This document shows, piece after piece, positions 1-9,800 of a stretch of 64,000 bases of DNA. This stretch comes from an uncultured Chloroflexia bacterium (lineage in GTDB: Bacteria; Chloroflexota; Dehalococcoidia; Dehalococcoidales; RBG-16-60-22): assembly GCA_963796365.1 (NCBI GenBank), contig CAWCLJ010000003.1, positions 654,800-718,799 of the forward strand, in the 5' to 3' direction. Under the pieces are notes generated by a model that searched no databases, was not told where the DNA came from, and worked only from the letters and a program-made list of their open reading frames with translations. The number at the start of each line of letters is the position of its first letter. Positions within the stretch are counted from its first letter, which is position 1. Both the position numbers and the translations under genes were made by a program.

Positions 1-813
1 TGATGCCGGTAGTCCGCTTACCATGCGGTGCGCCGGTAAAATTACCAGGCCGGGGTCTGCCATATCTATCAGCGTCATTAACACAAAATCATATGGTTCT
101 TCTTTATCGTCCGGCCCGGAAGTGGTGCGGCGTTCCCGCTGGTAATTAAGGGCGCTTTCGTAGCGGTGGTGACCGTCTGCGATATAAAGCGGCTGGTCCG
201 CCAGATATCCGTGTATTTTATTAATCGTGTCCTCATCGGATACTGCCCAGAGCCGGTGGTTTTCCCCGTCTGCTTTTTCAACCGTGAAAAGCGGTTTTTT
301 CTTAATCTGTTGGGTAAGTACCGGCGCGATATTTTTTTGCTTGTCTTCATAAAGCACCATGATAGGGCTGGTATCCGCATGCAGTGTCCAGAGCATGTTC
401 AGCCGGTCGCTCTTGGCTTTAGCCAGTGTTCCTTCATGCGGCCGTATTACCATTTTGTCCCATTCTTCAAGTTTGACCAGCGCGTTGATGCTGCGGCGGT
501 GTCGCAGTTTGCCCTGGTGCATAAATGAATGCTCATCGATATAAATGCACGGTTTATCATCGGTCACCAGCACTTTTTTCTTCAGCCAGTTTTCCATTGC
601 GGTTGCGGCGCGGGTGTATTTGTTATCGGTATTATTATCGTGCGGCGATTCTAGTCCGTACTCGATACGTATGAAGTTATATTCAGAGCGTTCATGTAAT
701 TCATGCTGCAATTGCGGAGGAATAATGTCATAAGGAGGGCAAATGACCTTTGCCATATCTTTTATTAGGGACGTGTTGTAATGAACTCCATGGAAAGGAC
801 GGATATCAGCCAA
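1..813 (-). CDS. DUF1015 family protein (gene runs off left edge of window)
   Basis: Not in ORF track (edge-truncated, TTG start). My reverse-strand translation from TTG at 813 gives (M)ADIRPFHGVHYNTSLIKDMAKVICPPYDIIPP...LYIADGHHRYESAL...ILPAHR. This is the pattern I associate with DUF1015. GAAGGAG lies 6 nt upstream. Confidence 0.75.
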   Translation of the reverse strand, partial: MADIRPFHGVHYNTSLIKDMAKVICPPYDIIPPQLQHELHERSEYNFIRIEYGLESPHDNNTDNKYTRAATAMENWLKKKVLVTDDKPCIYIDEHSFMHQGKLRHRRSINALVKLEEWDKMVIRPHEGTLAKAKSDRLNMLWTLHADTSPIMVLYEDKQKNIAPVLTQQIKKKPLFTVEKADGENHRLWAVSDEDTINKIHGYLADQPLYIADGHHRYESALNYQRERRTTSGPDDKEEPYDFVLMTLIDMADPGLVILPAHRMVSGLPAS

Positions 814-980
814 GGTGAACTCCTTCAGAGAAAACTGATAATAAAGTTTAGCTTAAATTCTTAATACCGCGCAAGTGGCTTAAATAAATCAAAAATCAAA
901 TACTAGATCTTGACGACCGCAATCGGGATGCCGTATGACGTTAAGGAATCGACACAAAAACACGTCTCAAAAAAGGTGTT

Positions 981-1035
981 GTCATTGCGAGCCATTGAGT
1001 CCTTCCGCGGAAGGACGAAAGGCGTGGCAATCTCA
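981..1035 (+). repeat. Intergenic repeat family R1 (GTCATTGCGAGCC...GGCGTGGCAATCTCA)
   Basis: Shares both termini with copies at 9623, 23287, 43458 and the inverted copy at 23955. Variable internal hairpin. Confidence 0.8.
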
Positions 1036-1197
1036 AAGATTAATTTATATAGTTGATAAATAAAACATAAAATTAATCAAGGAGACTATCAGAATTGACT
1101 TTTGATCTGTATTTTATGATTTTGATATTTGAGATTTGATTTAACTCGAATGCAAACCTGCCGCCGTTTCCGCTATACTATTATCATAGGAATAGAA

Positions 1198-1812
1198 ATG
1201 ATTATTCGCAAGCTTACCGTCGGTCCTTACGCCAGCAATTGCTATATTGTTGGGGACGAAACCACGAAAGAAGGAATGATAATCGACCCCGGCGCCGCAC
1301 CGGAGGAAATATTGCGCGTCGTGGAAAAAGAAAAACTCAAGATAAAACTCATCGTCTTGACCCACCGCCACCCGGACCATGTCGGCGCCGCCGCCCGGGT
1401 ACAAACCGCCGTCAAAGCCCCGCTCGCCTCTCACCCGGAATGTGCCAGGTATTTACCCCACTCGCCGGACTACATCTATGAAAAACCTTTTGAAGGCGCT
1501 CCAAAACCGGAACATCTCCTTAATGACGGGGATACTATCGAGATCGGTTCTCTGCACTTTAAAGTGCTGCATACGCCAGGTCATACGCCTTGCGGTATCA
1601 GTATTTATGGAGAAGGGCATGCCTTTACGGGAGATACTCTTTTCAACTACGGCATCGGCCGCTACGACCTTATAGACGGTGATTATCACGCCTTAATAAA
1701 TGGCATTAAGACCAAACTCTTAACGCTCCCCCTGGAAACTGTCATCCACCCCGGCCATGGCCCGGATTCTACCATCGCCACGGAAAAAAGAGCTAACACG
1801 TTCTTGAGATAA
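1198..1812 (+). CDS. MBL-fold metallo-hydrolase (glyoxalase II-like)
   Basis: ORF 1129..1812. THRHPDHVGAA (HxHxDH) motif. Start moved to ATG 1198 (MIIRKLTVGPY) with AGGA upstream. Confidence 0.85.
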   Translation: MIIRKLTVGPYASNCYIVGDETTKEGMIIDPGAAPEEILRVVEKEKLKIKLIVLTHRHPDHVGAAARVQTAVKAPLASHPECARYLPHSPDYIYEKPFEGAPKPEHLLNDGDTIEIGSLHFKVLHTPGHTPCGISIYGEGHAFTGDTLFNYGIGRYDLIDGDYHALINGIKTKLLTLPLETVIHPGHGPDSTIATEKRANTFLR

Positions 1813-1823
1813 ATTCTATTTTC

Positions 1824-1896
1824 TGTCATCCTGGAGGAGCGGCATGTCCGCCGAAGCTTAAGCGCAGGCGGAAGCGACGAAGGATATCAGGGTGGG
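1824..1896 (+). repeat. Intergenic repeat family R2 (TGTCATCCTGGAG...GAAGGATATCAGGG)
   Basis: Aligns with copies at 5818, 23621 and 48409. Confidence 0.8.
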
Positions 1897-1920
1897 GAGG
1901 AGGTAATTCTCTTCCCCAGT

Positions 1921-2014
1921 CTCTCACTTTGAAAAAGAGCCTGCCCCGTTCATGGTGAACCGTTCAGGGTGATTCCGTACTTGATACCAGGGGAGTTTAA
2001 GATGGATTTTGCTC
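1921..2014 (+). repeat. Intergenic repeat family R4 (CTCTCCCTTTGAAAAAG...GCCTGCCCCGTACTTGATACGGGG...GGATTTTGCTC), copy with internal insertion
   Basis: Both ends match the 51736 copy. About 28 extra nt in the middle. Confidence 0.7.
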
Positions 2015-2050
2015 ATTTATCGAAGTTCGGCACCTGAATAACGTATTCTA

Positions 2051-2095
2051 TCGTCCCTCCTTGCCGGCGAGAAGGGATAAGAGGGTAGAGCCGGG
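2051..2095 (+). repeat. Intergenic repeat family R3 (TCGTCCCTCCTTGCC..GGGA..AAGAGGGTAG.GCCGGG)
   Basis: Diverged copy of the CTCCCTCC / GGAGGGAG hairpin element seen at 5261, 14481, 52992 and 63203. Confidence 0.7.
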
Positions 2096-2161
2096 AAGAA
2101 CTTTAACAACTCACTAAAATCGAATTATTTACTTGTAAAACAATACGTAAAATAAAGCTGG

Positions 2162-2260
2162 TTTAACATAATATTAATAAACGAACACCGCAACTTATCA
2201 GCTTCAGCTCAAAGCTGCAGCGACAAATAATTCTTAAAAAAACGAATGATTGAATAAAAA
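2162..2260. repeat. Two units related to the ~48-bp tandem arrays (TTTAACATAATA...AAAAAACGAATGA)
   Basis: TTTAACATAATA at 2162 and CTTAAAAAAACGAATGA at 2233 match the unit cores of the 24248 array. Confidence 0.45.
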
Positions 2261-2329
2261 GAAAGGGGAGCATTTCCTTATCCAGGATTCATGCTCCCCT
2301 TCTATTAACTCTTAACTATACCCTATACC

Positions 2330-4513
2330 CTAAATGAATAACGGGCACATAACCAGCGTAATGGTCGCCAGCAGCTTTATTAGAACGTGAAGAGAAGGAC
2401 CGGCTGTATCTTTAAGCGGGTCGCCCAGTGTATCGCCGACGACGGCGGCTTGGTGGGCGAATGACTTTTTGCCGAGAACGGCTCCGGTTTCATCCTTAAG
2501 CTGTCCGTCCTCGATCATCTTTTTGGCGTTATCCCAGGCGCCTCCTCCGTTGTTCATGAAGGAGGCCATCAGGATACCGCCGATAGTACCGACCATCAAT
2601 ACCGCGGCGACAACCATGGCGGCATCGATGTTCATGCTGGCGAATGACGGTATTTTCCCGATGTATTTAAAGGCTACTCCGATGACGATAGGCCCTAATA
2701 TCGGTAAAAGTCCGGGAGCGATCATTTCCTTTAGGCCGGCTCGCGTAGTGATATCCACACACTTGGCGTAATCCGGTTGATGAGGATGCTCCGGGTCCTT
2801 GGGATTTAAGATTTCCGGGTCGGCTTTGAACTGGCGGCGTACTTCTTCGATAATCTTGGAGGCTGTCCGCCCGACGGCTTTGATTGCCCAGGCGCTGAAG
2901 AGATAAACGATCATAGCAGCCAATAAAGCACCTATAAACACAGAAATATTAGCAATGTTGACGATGTTGTACTGGCCTTCCACACCGAGCTTGATAAGTG
3001 ATACTCGGTCAAGATAAGCCTGGAAAAGCAGGAAAGCTGCGAGACCGGCGGAGACCAGGGCATAACCCTTGGTCAGGGCCTTGGTGGTGTTGCCCACCGC
3101 ATCCAGCCTGTCGGTAATCTTGCGCACGTCTTCTCCGGCGCCGGCCATTTCATTGATGCCGTTGGCATTATCCGTGATCGGCCCGAAAGTATCCATGGAA
3201 AGAACGTAAGGGCAGGTCATTAACATGCCCATCGTCGCCACGGCGGTGCCGAAAGCTCCGGCGCCTTGCACGCCGCTCTGGGTACCCATCCAGTAAGCCA
3301 GTAACAGGGATACACCGATAATCAGAGCCGTGGCGAAGGTGGTGGAAAAACCAACCGACATGCCCATGATGATATTGGTTGCCGGTCCGGTCTTGGACGC
3401 CTCCGCGATATCCCTTACCGGTTTATATTTCCATTCCGTATAGTACTGGGTTACAAAAACGATAACGATGCTGGCGGCAATGCCGACAAGACCGGCGCCA
3501 AAGAGCCACCAGTTATCGAGCATAAAACGAACCGTTATGGCTAATCCTACGATGGAAAGCCCGATGGCAATAAAATAACCCCGGTTCAGGGCGTTCATCG
3601 CATTCTCGTTTTCTTTGGCACGTACGCTCAGCAGCCCTATCATGCTGGCAAACATGCCGAAACCGCGTACGCAAAGCGGGAATAAAATCCATACAATATT
3701 TTTGGTAGCCAGGTAAGCAAGCACACCGAGAATCATCGCGCCGATGTTTTCCGCCGCGGTGGATTCAAAAAGGTCGGCGCCGCGGCCGGCGCAATCGCCC
3801 ACGTTATCGCCGACAAGGTCGGCAATGACGGCCGGGTTGCGCGGGTCGTCTTCCGGAATACCAGATTCAACTTTACCTACCAGGTCGGCGCCCACGTCAG
3901 CCGCCTTGGTATAAATACCTCCGCCGAGCTGAGCGAAAAGCGCCACGAAGCTGGCGCCAAAACCAAAACCAACTATGAGTTGCGGCGCGATTTCCGGATG
4001 GCTGTAGCCGCCGTAGGCGAAGAAGATGACGGTCACGCCGATTAGGCTGAGGGTGGTGATAAGAAAGCCTGACACGGCGCCGCCCCGCAGGGCGACTTCT
4101 ACGGCTTCTTTAAGGCTTCTTTGCGCCGCTGCGGCGCAGCGGACGTTGGATTTGACTGCAATATACATGCCGATGAAGCCGGCTAGGCCGGAGCATAAAG
4201 CCCCCACGAGGAAGGCAACGCTGGTACGCCAGGCTACAGCAAAGTTGGTATAGCCGCTGTTATTCAGCCCCGTGTGGCCCAACACGCCGACCAGTACGCC
4301 GATTATAATGGCAATAGCGACGGAGTACATGGCGATAGTGCTGTACTGGCGCTTCAGGAATGCCCAAGCGCCTTTAAAGATGATATCTCCGATTTCTTTC
4401 ATCTTTGGTGTACCCGTAGGGCGTTTCATCACATTCACAATGAGGAAAGCAGCAAATATGAGTGTGATGACACCGGCTGCAGGTACTATCCAGAATAACC
4501 CGGGTAATGACAT
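2330..4513 (-). CDS. hppA: Membrane-bound pyrophosphate-energised ion pump (H+/Na+-PPase)
   Basis: 727-aa polytopic protein. Contains GDNVGDCAGRGADLFES and DNAKK...GDTLGDP motifs typical of V-PPases. Confidence 0.95.
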   Translation of the reverse strand: MSLPGLFWIVPAAGVITLIFAAFLIVNVMKRPTGTPKMKEIGDIIFKGAWAFLKRQYSTIAMYSVAIAIIIGVLVGVLGHTGLNNSGYTNFAVAWRTSVAFLVGALCSGLAGFIGMYIAVKSNVRCAAAAQRSLKEAVEVALRGGAVSGFLITTLSLIGVTVIFFAYGGYSHPEIAPQLIVGFGFGASFVALFAQLGGGIYTKAADVGADLVGKVESGIPEDDPRNPAVIADLVGDNVGDCAGRGADLFESTAAENIGAMILGVLAYLATKNIVWILFPLCVRGFGMFASMIGLLSVRAKENENAMNALNRGYFIAIGLSIVGLAITVRFMLDNWWLFGAGLVGIAASIVIVFVTQYYTEWKYKPVRDIAEASKTGPATNIIMGMSVGFSTTFATALIIGVSLLLAYWMGTQSGVQGAGAFGTAVATMGMLMTCPYVLSMDTFGPITDNANGINEMAGAGEDVRKITDRLDAVGNTTKALTKGYALVSAGLAAFLLFQAYLDRVSLIKLGVEGQYNIVNIANISVFIGALLAAMIVYLFSAWAIKAVGRTASKIIEEVRRQFKADPEILNPKDPEHPHQPDYAKCVDITTRAGLKEMIAPGLLPILGPIVIGVAFKYIGKIPSFASMNIDAAMVVAAVLMVGTIGGILMASFMNNGGGAWDNAKKMIEDGQLKDETGAVLGKKSFAHQAAVVGDTLGDPLKDTAGPSLHVLIKLLATITLVMCPLFI

Positions 4514-4714
4514 GTTCCTCCTTTTATTATTTTATTTCCGGATAAAAAAATAGAGCGGGTCTGTTACATCCAGCTCTACGTAGGTTAGACAATTTGTATT
4601 ACTAATATACATGGTTACCCTGATGTGAAGAAACAAATTTCTCTCTATTATACCCTAAATGTCAGTGGTTAGGCCAATGTATTTCCGATATATATCTCTG
4701 GATAGCGGTACACC

Positions 4715-5125
4715 TTATTTGTGCATGACGTACTGCGGCGTAAGTGCGATGTTCATAAAGATGACCGGCTTATCGACTGCCTTAAAGTTCAGCGGGCAGT
4801 GGATGGTATTTTTCGGGATATGAAGCACGGTGGGTTCGGTAATAATGTGTTTTTCCTGTTCCTCGCCCAGGTATATTTCCACGACCGCCCCGAACTCTTT
4901 CATATGCATCGGGTCGGCGCTGTAAAAATGGAGAAACTGTTCGAAATCATGCGCGTGGGGTTCATTGACCATCAGGAACGGCTCTGTGATACAGTTCCAA
5001 AGGACCGAGAAATTCTTCTCACCAACTTCCGGGTGCTGTCTGCTGAAAAATATCATCCTGTCGCAAAACTTTCCGGGCACTATCGGGTTTTTAAAAAAAT
5101 ACTTTCCGTATTTATCTTTCGCCAT
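4715..5125 (-). CDS. Hypothetical protein (possible cupin fold)
   Basis: 136-aa ORF with AGGAGG SD upstream. His-rich EPHAHDFEQFLHF segment. Product assignment is weak. Confidence 0.6.
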   Translation of the reverse strand: MAKDKYGKYFFKNPIVPGKFCDRMIFFSRQHPEVGEKNFSVLWNCITEPFLMVNEPHAHDFEQFLHFYSADPMHMKEFGAVVEIYLGEEQEKHIITEPTVLHIPKNTIHCPLNFKAVDKPVIFMNIALTPQYVMHK

Positions 5126-5260
5126 GTTTCCGGCCTCCTTTAAAAGAGTTCCAGTGATGGTGACCTGATATCCAGGTTTTTATTCCTGGTTGTTCTTTCA
5201 GTTCCTTTTTCCGTTGATACAGATAGAGCGATAGAAGTATTAGAAATAAAAAATATTGGT

Positions 5261-5310
5261 TTGTCTCCCTCCTTGCCAGCGGGGAGGGAGATCAAGAGGG
5301 TAGGGTCGGG
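5261..5310 (+). repeat. Intergenic repeat family R3
   Basis: TTGTCTCCCTCCTTGCCAGCGGGGAGGGAGATCAAGAGGGTAGGGTCGGG. Near-identical to the 14481 and 63203 copies. Confidence 0.9.
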
Positions 5311-5338
5311 TGATATGTGTCAAAACTTGTACATGAGG

Positions 5339-5773
5339 CTACTTTTTGCCGAATTTGATTCTGGGCAAGCTGGCTTCCTTCATGCTGTCCGCCATCGTCC
5401 AGAAATAAGCTTCTCCGGTATAAAGCTGGAAGACCGCCAGCAACGGGTTGTCCGGTGTGGTAATCCCATAATTCTTTACAAAGGGCCTTTCCGCTATGCA
5501 TTTCGCCCTTATTTGGGGGTCGGTGATTATCTTGACTTTGCCGTAAACTCTCATTATCTTTGATAAATCTTTTGATTGGAAATACACCTCGACTTTTGGG
5601 TTCTTCTCGATTTGTTTGTAGAAGGCTTTTACGGTCTGTCCCTGGAACCAGAAACCGTTCTCATCGGCATACCACATGCCTAGGCAGCGTACCCTCGGCT
5701 GGTCGCCTTCGCAGGTTGCCAGGTAACATGCTTTGTTTTCATTAGCGAATTTTATGCAGTCTTTAAAATCCAT
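5339..5773 (-). CDS. Pyridoxamine 5'-phosphate oxidase-like FMN-binding split-barrel protein
   Basis: 144 aa. N-terminal CYLATCEGDQPRVR...FWF pattern typical of the PNPOx-like family. AGGAG SD. Confidence 0.7.
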   Translation of the reverse strand: MDFKDCIKFANENKACYLATCEGDQPRVRCLGMWYADENGFWFQGQTVKAFYKQIEKNPKVEVYFQSKDLSKIMRVYGKVKIITDPQIRAKCIAERPFVKNYGITTPDNPLLAVFQLYTGEAYFWTMADSMKEASLPRIKFGKK

Positions 5774-5817
5774 TTTTTTATCTCCTTTTGAGATGGCCGG
5801 AAAACCATCTTCTATTT

Positions 5818-5917
5818 TGTCATGTTAGGGTTCCCCTGAACCTTCAGCCTTCGATCGACCTGTCCCGTATGAACGAAGTGAATCGGGAAGCGAAGGGAAG
5901 GCATCTGGTGGCGGGGA
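5818..5917 (+). repeat. Intergenic repeat family R2 (diverged copy)
   Basis: GACCTGTCCCGTATGAACGAAGTGAATCGGGAAGCGAAGG matches the 48409 copy. Confidence 0.65.
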
Positions 5918-5968
5918 TACCTTCTAAATTATAACTTTTTCGATAAACTGCTTTTACCGGATACAAAA

Positions 5969-7540
5969 TTATTTTTTAATTTTATTAATATTAACATATT
6001 TTTCTCTGATTTTTGGTTTTTCGATTTTGCCCGTCGGATTGCGCGGTACATTATCGAAATAGATATATCTCGGCCAGGCATATTTAGGTATTTGGGGCTC
6101 ATAATAGGCCCTCATCTCTTCTTCCGTTACCGTCATGCCTTCCTTCGGTTGTACGATGGCTGCCACCACTTCGCCGTATCTTTCATCCGGGATGCCGATG
6201 ATGGCAACATCTTTCACTTTAGACTGCCCGATAAGCACCGATTCGAGGTCGACCGGATAGATGTTCTCGCCGCCGCTGATTATGAGGTCTTTCTTGCGGT
6301 CGACGTAAGAGATAAACCCTTCGGCATCCTGCCTGGCCAGGTCGCCGGTAAAAAGCCAGCCGTCCTTTAATACCTCGGCGGTCTTTTGCGGGTTCTTGTA
6401 ATAGCATTTCATAATATTCCCGCCTTTAAGGATAATTTCACCGACCGTTCCTTTAGGCACATCGTTTCCTCTGTCATCGACGATCTTGGCTTCGAGATTA
6501 AGTTTAGGATAACCGAATGAGCCCAGTTTATCCAGGTTTTCCAGCCCCAGGTGCATGCATGGTCCGGCCGATTCGGTGAGGCCGTAATTTTCATCCCACT
6601 TGATATCGGTGAAATATTTCAAAAAGCGGCGCACCAGTACGGGGGGAATCGGCTGCGCGCCGGAATGGACCAGGCGCAATGACGATACATCATAATCGGA
6701 AAGCTTTAGGTCGCCCTTATCGAAAGCCGTCACTATGTCTTGCAGCCACGGTACCAGAATCATACAAAGCGTAACTTTTTCATTGCTGATAAGGTCTAGT
6801 ATGAGTTTAGCTGTTACTCTCTCGCCGCCGGTTGTTAAGACCGCCCGGCCTCCGCCCATCAGGCTGCCGAACCAGTGCATCTTGCCGCCGGTATGATAAA
6901 GCGGCGGGAGCAGCAGGAAGCAATCTTTGCGGTTTTCGTGGTGGGAAGAGACTTCGTTGACGGCTACATGCTCCAGAGAGCGGTGGCAAAGCAGCGTGGC
7001 TTTCGGGTCGCCGGTGGTGCCGGAGGTAAAATAAAGACCGGCGTCATCTTCCGCCGCAAGCTGGACCTTCGGCGCTGCCGGGGATGCTTTGGCCAGGACA
7101 TCTTGGAAAGGCTCCATACCGGCCGGTATGTTATTTCCAACGAAGATGTATTTTTTAACCGTTTTCAAGGTCGGGCGGATTTCTTCGATACGCTCGGTAA
7201 AGTCCTGGTCGAGAATCATTACTTTAGGTTCGGCGATATCCACGCAGTACTTTATCTGCCGTGCGATAAATCTGAAATTCAGCGGTGCCGCCGTGGCGCC
7301 TGACTTTAAGATGCCGAAGTAGGCGATTAGCCAGTTGATGGAATTCATCATCAAGTGCATCACCACGTCGCTCTTCTTAATTCCCCGTGCGATGAGCGCA
7401 TTGGCAACACGGTTTGCCCCGTCATCGAACTCTTTCCAGGTAATTTGTTTTCTTAGGCTCTTGCTGGGAGTTACTTCTACCAGCGCAATAGAATCTGGAA
7501 TAAGCCTGGCATTTCTGGCCAGAATTTCTGTTATCGTCAT
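5969..7540 (-). CDS. AMP-dependent acyl-CoA synthetase/ligase
   Basis: YFTSGTTGDPKA AMP-binding motif plus GWLFTGDLA...ISGGENIYP. Start set to MTITEIL (AGGAG 7 nt upstream). Confidence 0.9.
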   Translation of the reverse strand: MTITEILARNARLIPDSIALVEVTPSKSLRKQITWKEFDDGANRVANALIARGIKKSDVVMHLMMNSINWLIAYFGILKSGATAAPLNFRFIARQIKYCVDIAEPKVMILDQDFTERIEEIRPTLKTVKKYIFVGNNIPAGMEPFQDVLAKASPAAPKVQLAAEDDAGLYFTSGTTGDPKATLLCHRSLEHVAVNEVSSHHENRKDCFLLLPPLYHTGGKMHWFGSLMGGGRAVLTTGGERVTAKLILDLISNEKVTLCMILVPWLQDIVTAFDKGDLKLSDYDVSSLRLVHSGAQPIPPVLVRRFLKYFTDIKWDENYGLTESAGPCMHLGLENLDKLGSFGYPKLNLEAKIVDDRGNDVPKGTVGEIILKGGNIMKCYYKNPQKTAEVLKDGWLFTGDLARQDAEGFISYVDRKKDLIISGGENIYPVDLESVLIGQSKVKDVAIIGIPDERYGEVVAAIVQPKEGMTVTEEEMRAYYEPQIPKYAWPRYIYFDNVPRNPTGKIEKPKIREKYVNINKIKK

Positions 7541-7643
7541 AGACCGGCTCCTGAACAAATTAAGCTTAAAATATTGAATAAATATGTAATTAATTAAAAA
7601 GATTATAGTTTGATGAGAATAACTAAGTCAATTATATTCAGCT

Positions 7644-7672
7644 TTGAGAGGTATCTGGCTCTATGCTATAAT
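7644..7672 (+). promoter_or_regulatory. Sigma70-like promoter of prfA-prmC
   Basis: TTGAGA, 17 nt spacer, TATAAT. 24 nt upstream of the prfA ATG. Confidence 0.5.
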
Positions 7673-7695
7673 TTTCTTTGGAGTGTTTCTAACAA

Positions 7696-8766
7696 ATGTT
7701 TGAACAGCTGGATAAAATAGAAAAACGTTATCTTGAAATAGATGAGAAATTGGCGCAGCCGGAAATCGCCACGGATATCAATCAGGTGCAAACGCTGGCA
7801 AAAGAGCGCGCCGGGCTTGTGGATGTTGTAAGTTTATACCGCCGGTACAAAAAAGCGTTGAAAGAGCTGGAAGACGTTAAAGCGATGGGCAGCGTAGGGA
7901 CCGATGAAGATATGGCGGTCATGATAAAACAGGAGACCGCCCAGCTTCAGGGAGCTATAGAAGAACTTACGGAAGATTTAAAACAGGCGCTGATACCCAG
8001 AGACCCGAATGAAGGAAAAGACATCATCGTGGAAATTAGGGCCGGTACCGGCGGTGATGAAGCCGCGATTTTTGCCGCTGATTTGTATCGAATGTACACG
8101 CGTTATGCCCAGAACAAAAGCTGGAAAACGGATATCATCAGCCTTAGCGAAAGCGGTGGTGGCGGCTTTAAAGAAATTATCTTTGAGGTCCGCGGTAAAA
8201 GTGCTTATAGTCGGCTCAAATATGAAAGCGGCGTGCATCGCGTCCAGCGTGTCCCGGTAACCGAAGCATCCGGGCGTATTCATACGTCCACTGCCACGGT
8301 TGCCGTTCTCCCGAAAGCGGAAGAGGTGGATATCGATATTGACCCGGATGATTTAAGAATTGATATTTTCCATAGCGGCGGCGCTGGCGGCCAGAACGTT
8401 AACAAGGTCGCCTCGGCCATTCGCGTTACCCATTTTCCTACAGGTATTGTCGTCGTCTGCCAGGACGAGCGCTCCCAGCTGCAGAATAAAATCAAAGCCA
8501 TGTCTGTGCTAAGAACCCGCCTGCTTGATATGGAAAGACGCAAGCAGGAAGAAGCTATTACTTCCGCCCGCCGTTCCCAGGTAGGTACCGGCGAACGTGC
8601 CGAGAAAATCAGGACCTATAATTATCCCCAGGACCGCATATCGGACCACCGGATTGACGTTACGATTCATAACCTGCCTCGCTTCATGGACGGAGATATC
8701 GACGGTCTTGTAGACCAGCTGGCTGCCCATGAACAGTCCCTGCAGCTTGAAGGGCAGCAGGTGTGA
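7696..8766 (+). CDS. prfA: Peptide chain release factor 1
   Basis: PVTEASGRIHTS (PxT region) and SGGAGGQNVNKV (GGQ) motifs. 356 aa. Confidence 0.97.
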   Translation: MFEQLDKIEKRYLEIDEKLAQPEIATDINQVQTLAKERAGLVDVVSLYRRYKKALKELEDVKAMGSVGTDEDMAVMIKQETAQLQGAIEELTEDLKQALIPRDPNEGKDIIVEIRAGTGGDEAAIFAADLYRMYTRYAQNKSWKTDIISLSESGGGGFKEIIFEVRGKSAYSRLKYESGVHRVQRVPVTEASGRIHTSTATVAVLPKAEEVDIDIDPDDLRIDIFHSGGAGGQNVNKVASAIRVTHFPTGIVVVCQDERSQLQNKIKAMSVLRTRLLDMERRKQEEAITSARRSQVGTGERAEKIRTYNYPQDRISDHRIDVTIHNLPRFMDGDIDGLVDQLAAHEQSLQLEGQQV

Positions 8767-9593
8767 ACTGCAAACAGGCATTAGCACAGGCGCGCAAGGT
8801 GCTTGCTGACAGCTCTATTGAAGACCCCAAACTCGAAGGGGAAATTCTTGTAAGACATATCTTAAAAATGACACGCGCCGAATTATTCTCTAACCTTGAC
8901 CGCGAGTTTACCGCTGACGAAAAAGAAAAACTTCATAACTTACTGGAACGCCGTCAGACTGGCGAGCCTTCTTCTTATATCGTCGGCCACCGCGAATTTT
9001 ACGGCCTGGATTTTAAAGTCGACCGGCGTGTCCTTATCCCCCGTCCGGAAACCGAATTACTGGTCGAAAAAGCCATCGCATACATCCGGCAATATGGATT
9101 TAATTCCATCGCGGATATCGGCACTGGCAGCGGTAGTATCGCTGTCAGCCTGGCCGTCAATTTACCGGAAATAACTGTATATGCTGTTGATGCGTCGTTA
9201 CCGGCTTTGGAAGTCACCGAGGAGAATATCAGGACTTATCACGTAAAGGACCGTATTAATCTACTTTGGGGCAATCTTTTAAGCGTCCTGCCTGTCAAAG
9301 TTGATATGATTATCGCCAACCTCCCTTACGTTAAAAGCAATGAAATCACATCTTTATTTGAACCTCAAATGGCGCTGGATGGCGGGGTTGCAGGTCTTGA
9401 TAAGATCAATGAATTGTGCCGCCAGCTTCCTGGCAAATTGAAACCAAAAGGTATGTTGCTGCTGGAAATCGGGCAGGGACAGGCGCAAACTATTATTAAT
9501 AATTTACATAACACTTTTCCTTCTTCATTCATTGAAGTTATGAAAGACCTGGCAGGGATTGAACGGGTTGTAACCCTTCGTTTGACATCATAG
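8763..9593 (+). CDS. prmC: Release-factor glutamine N5-methyltransferase
   Basis: GTGA overlap with the prfA stop. DIGTGSGSIA SAM motif. Catalytic tetrad reads NLPY instead of NPPY. Confidence 0.88.
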   Translation: MNCKQALAQARKVLADSSIEDPKLEGEILVRHILKMTRAELFSNLDREFTADEKEKLHNLLERRQTGEPSSYIVGHREFYGLDFKVDRRVLIPRPETELLVEKAIAYIRQYGFNSIADIGTGSGSIAVSLAVNLPEITVYAVDASLPALEVTEENIRTYHVKDRINLLWGNLLSVLPVKVDMIIANLPYVKSNEITSLFEPQMALDGGVAGLDKINELCRQLPGKLKPKGMLLLEIGQGQAQTIINNLHNTFPSSFIEVMKDLAGIERVVTLRLTS

Positions 9594-9622
9594 ATGCTCC
9601 AATGATAAATTTGATTGAAAAT

Positions 9623-9676
9623 GTCATTGCGAGCCATCGCGTCCGACTAACCCGGACGTGAGGTGTGGCAATCTCA
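9623..9676 (+). repeat. Intergenic repeat family R1
   Basis: GTCATTGCGAGCCATCG...GGTGTGGCAATCTCA. Confidence 0.8.
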
Positions 9677-9800
9677 TTTCTGGGTCTTGTGAAGTATTTA
9701 TTTCATATTACTTTTGTAGACTTTATTGAATCTAACATGTCTTGTATCAAATAGGTGATTGACCTCTTATAAATAACGGGTGTAAAAGGTTGTGGTGCCA

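Noticed and set aside
5261-5563. Track ORFs starting MSPSLPAGRE (5261..5563 and 14481..15170)
   Set aside because: The N-termini are translations of repeat R3. The remainder is antisense to well-supported genes (PNPOx-like, nitroreductase).
7696-8766. Programmed frameshift in the release-factor gene
   Set aside because: This is RF1 (prfA), read in a single uninterrupted frame. The autoregulatory +1 frameshift is a feature of prfB only.
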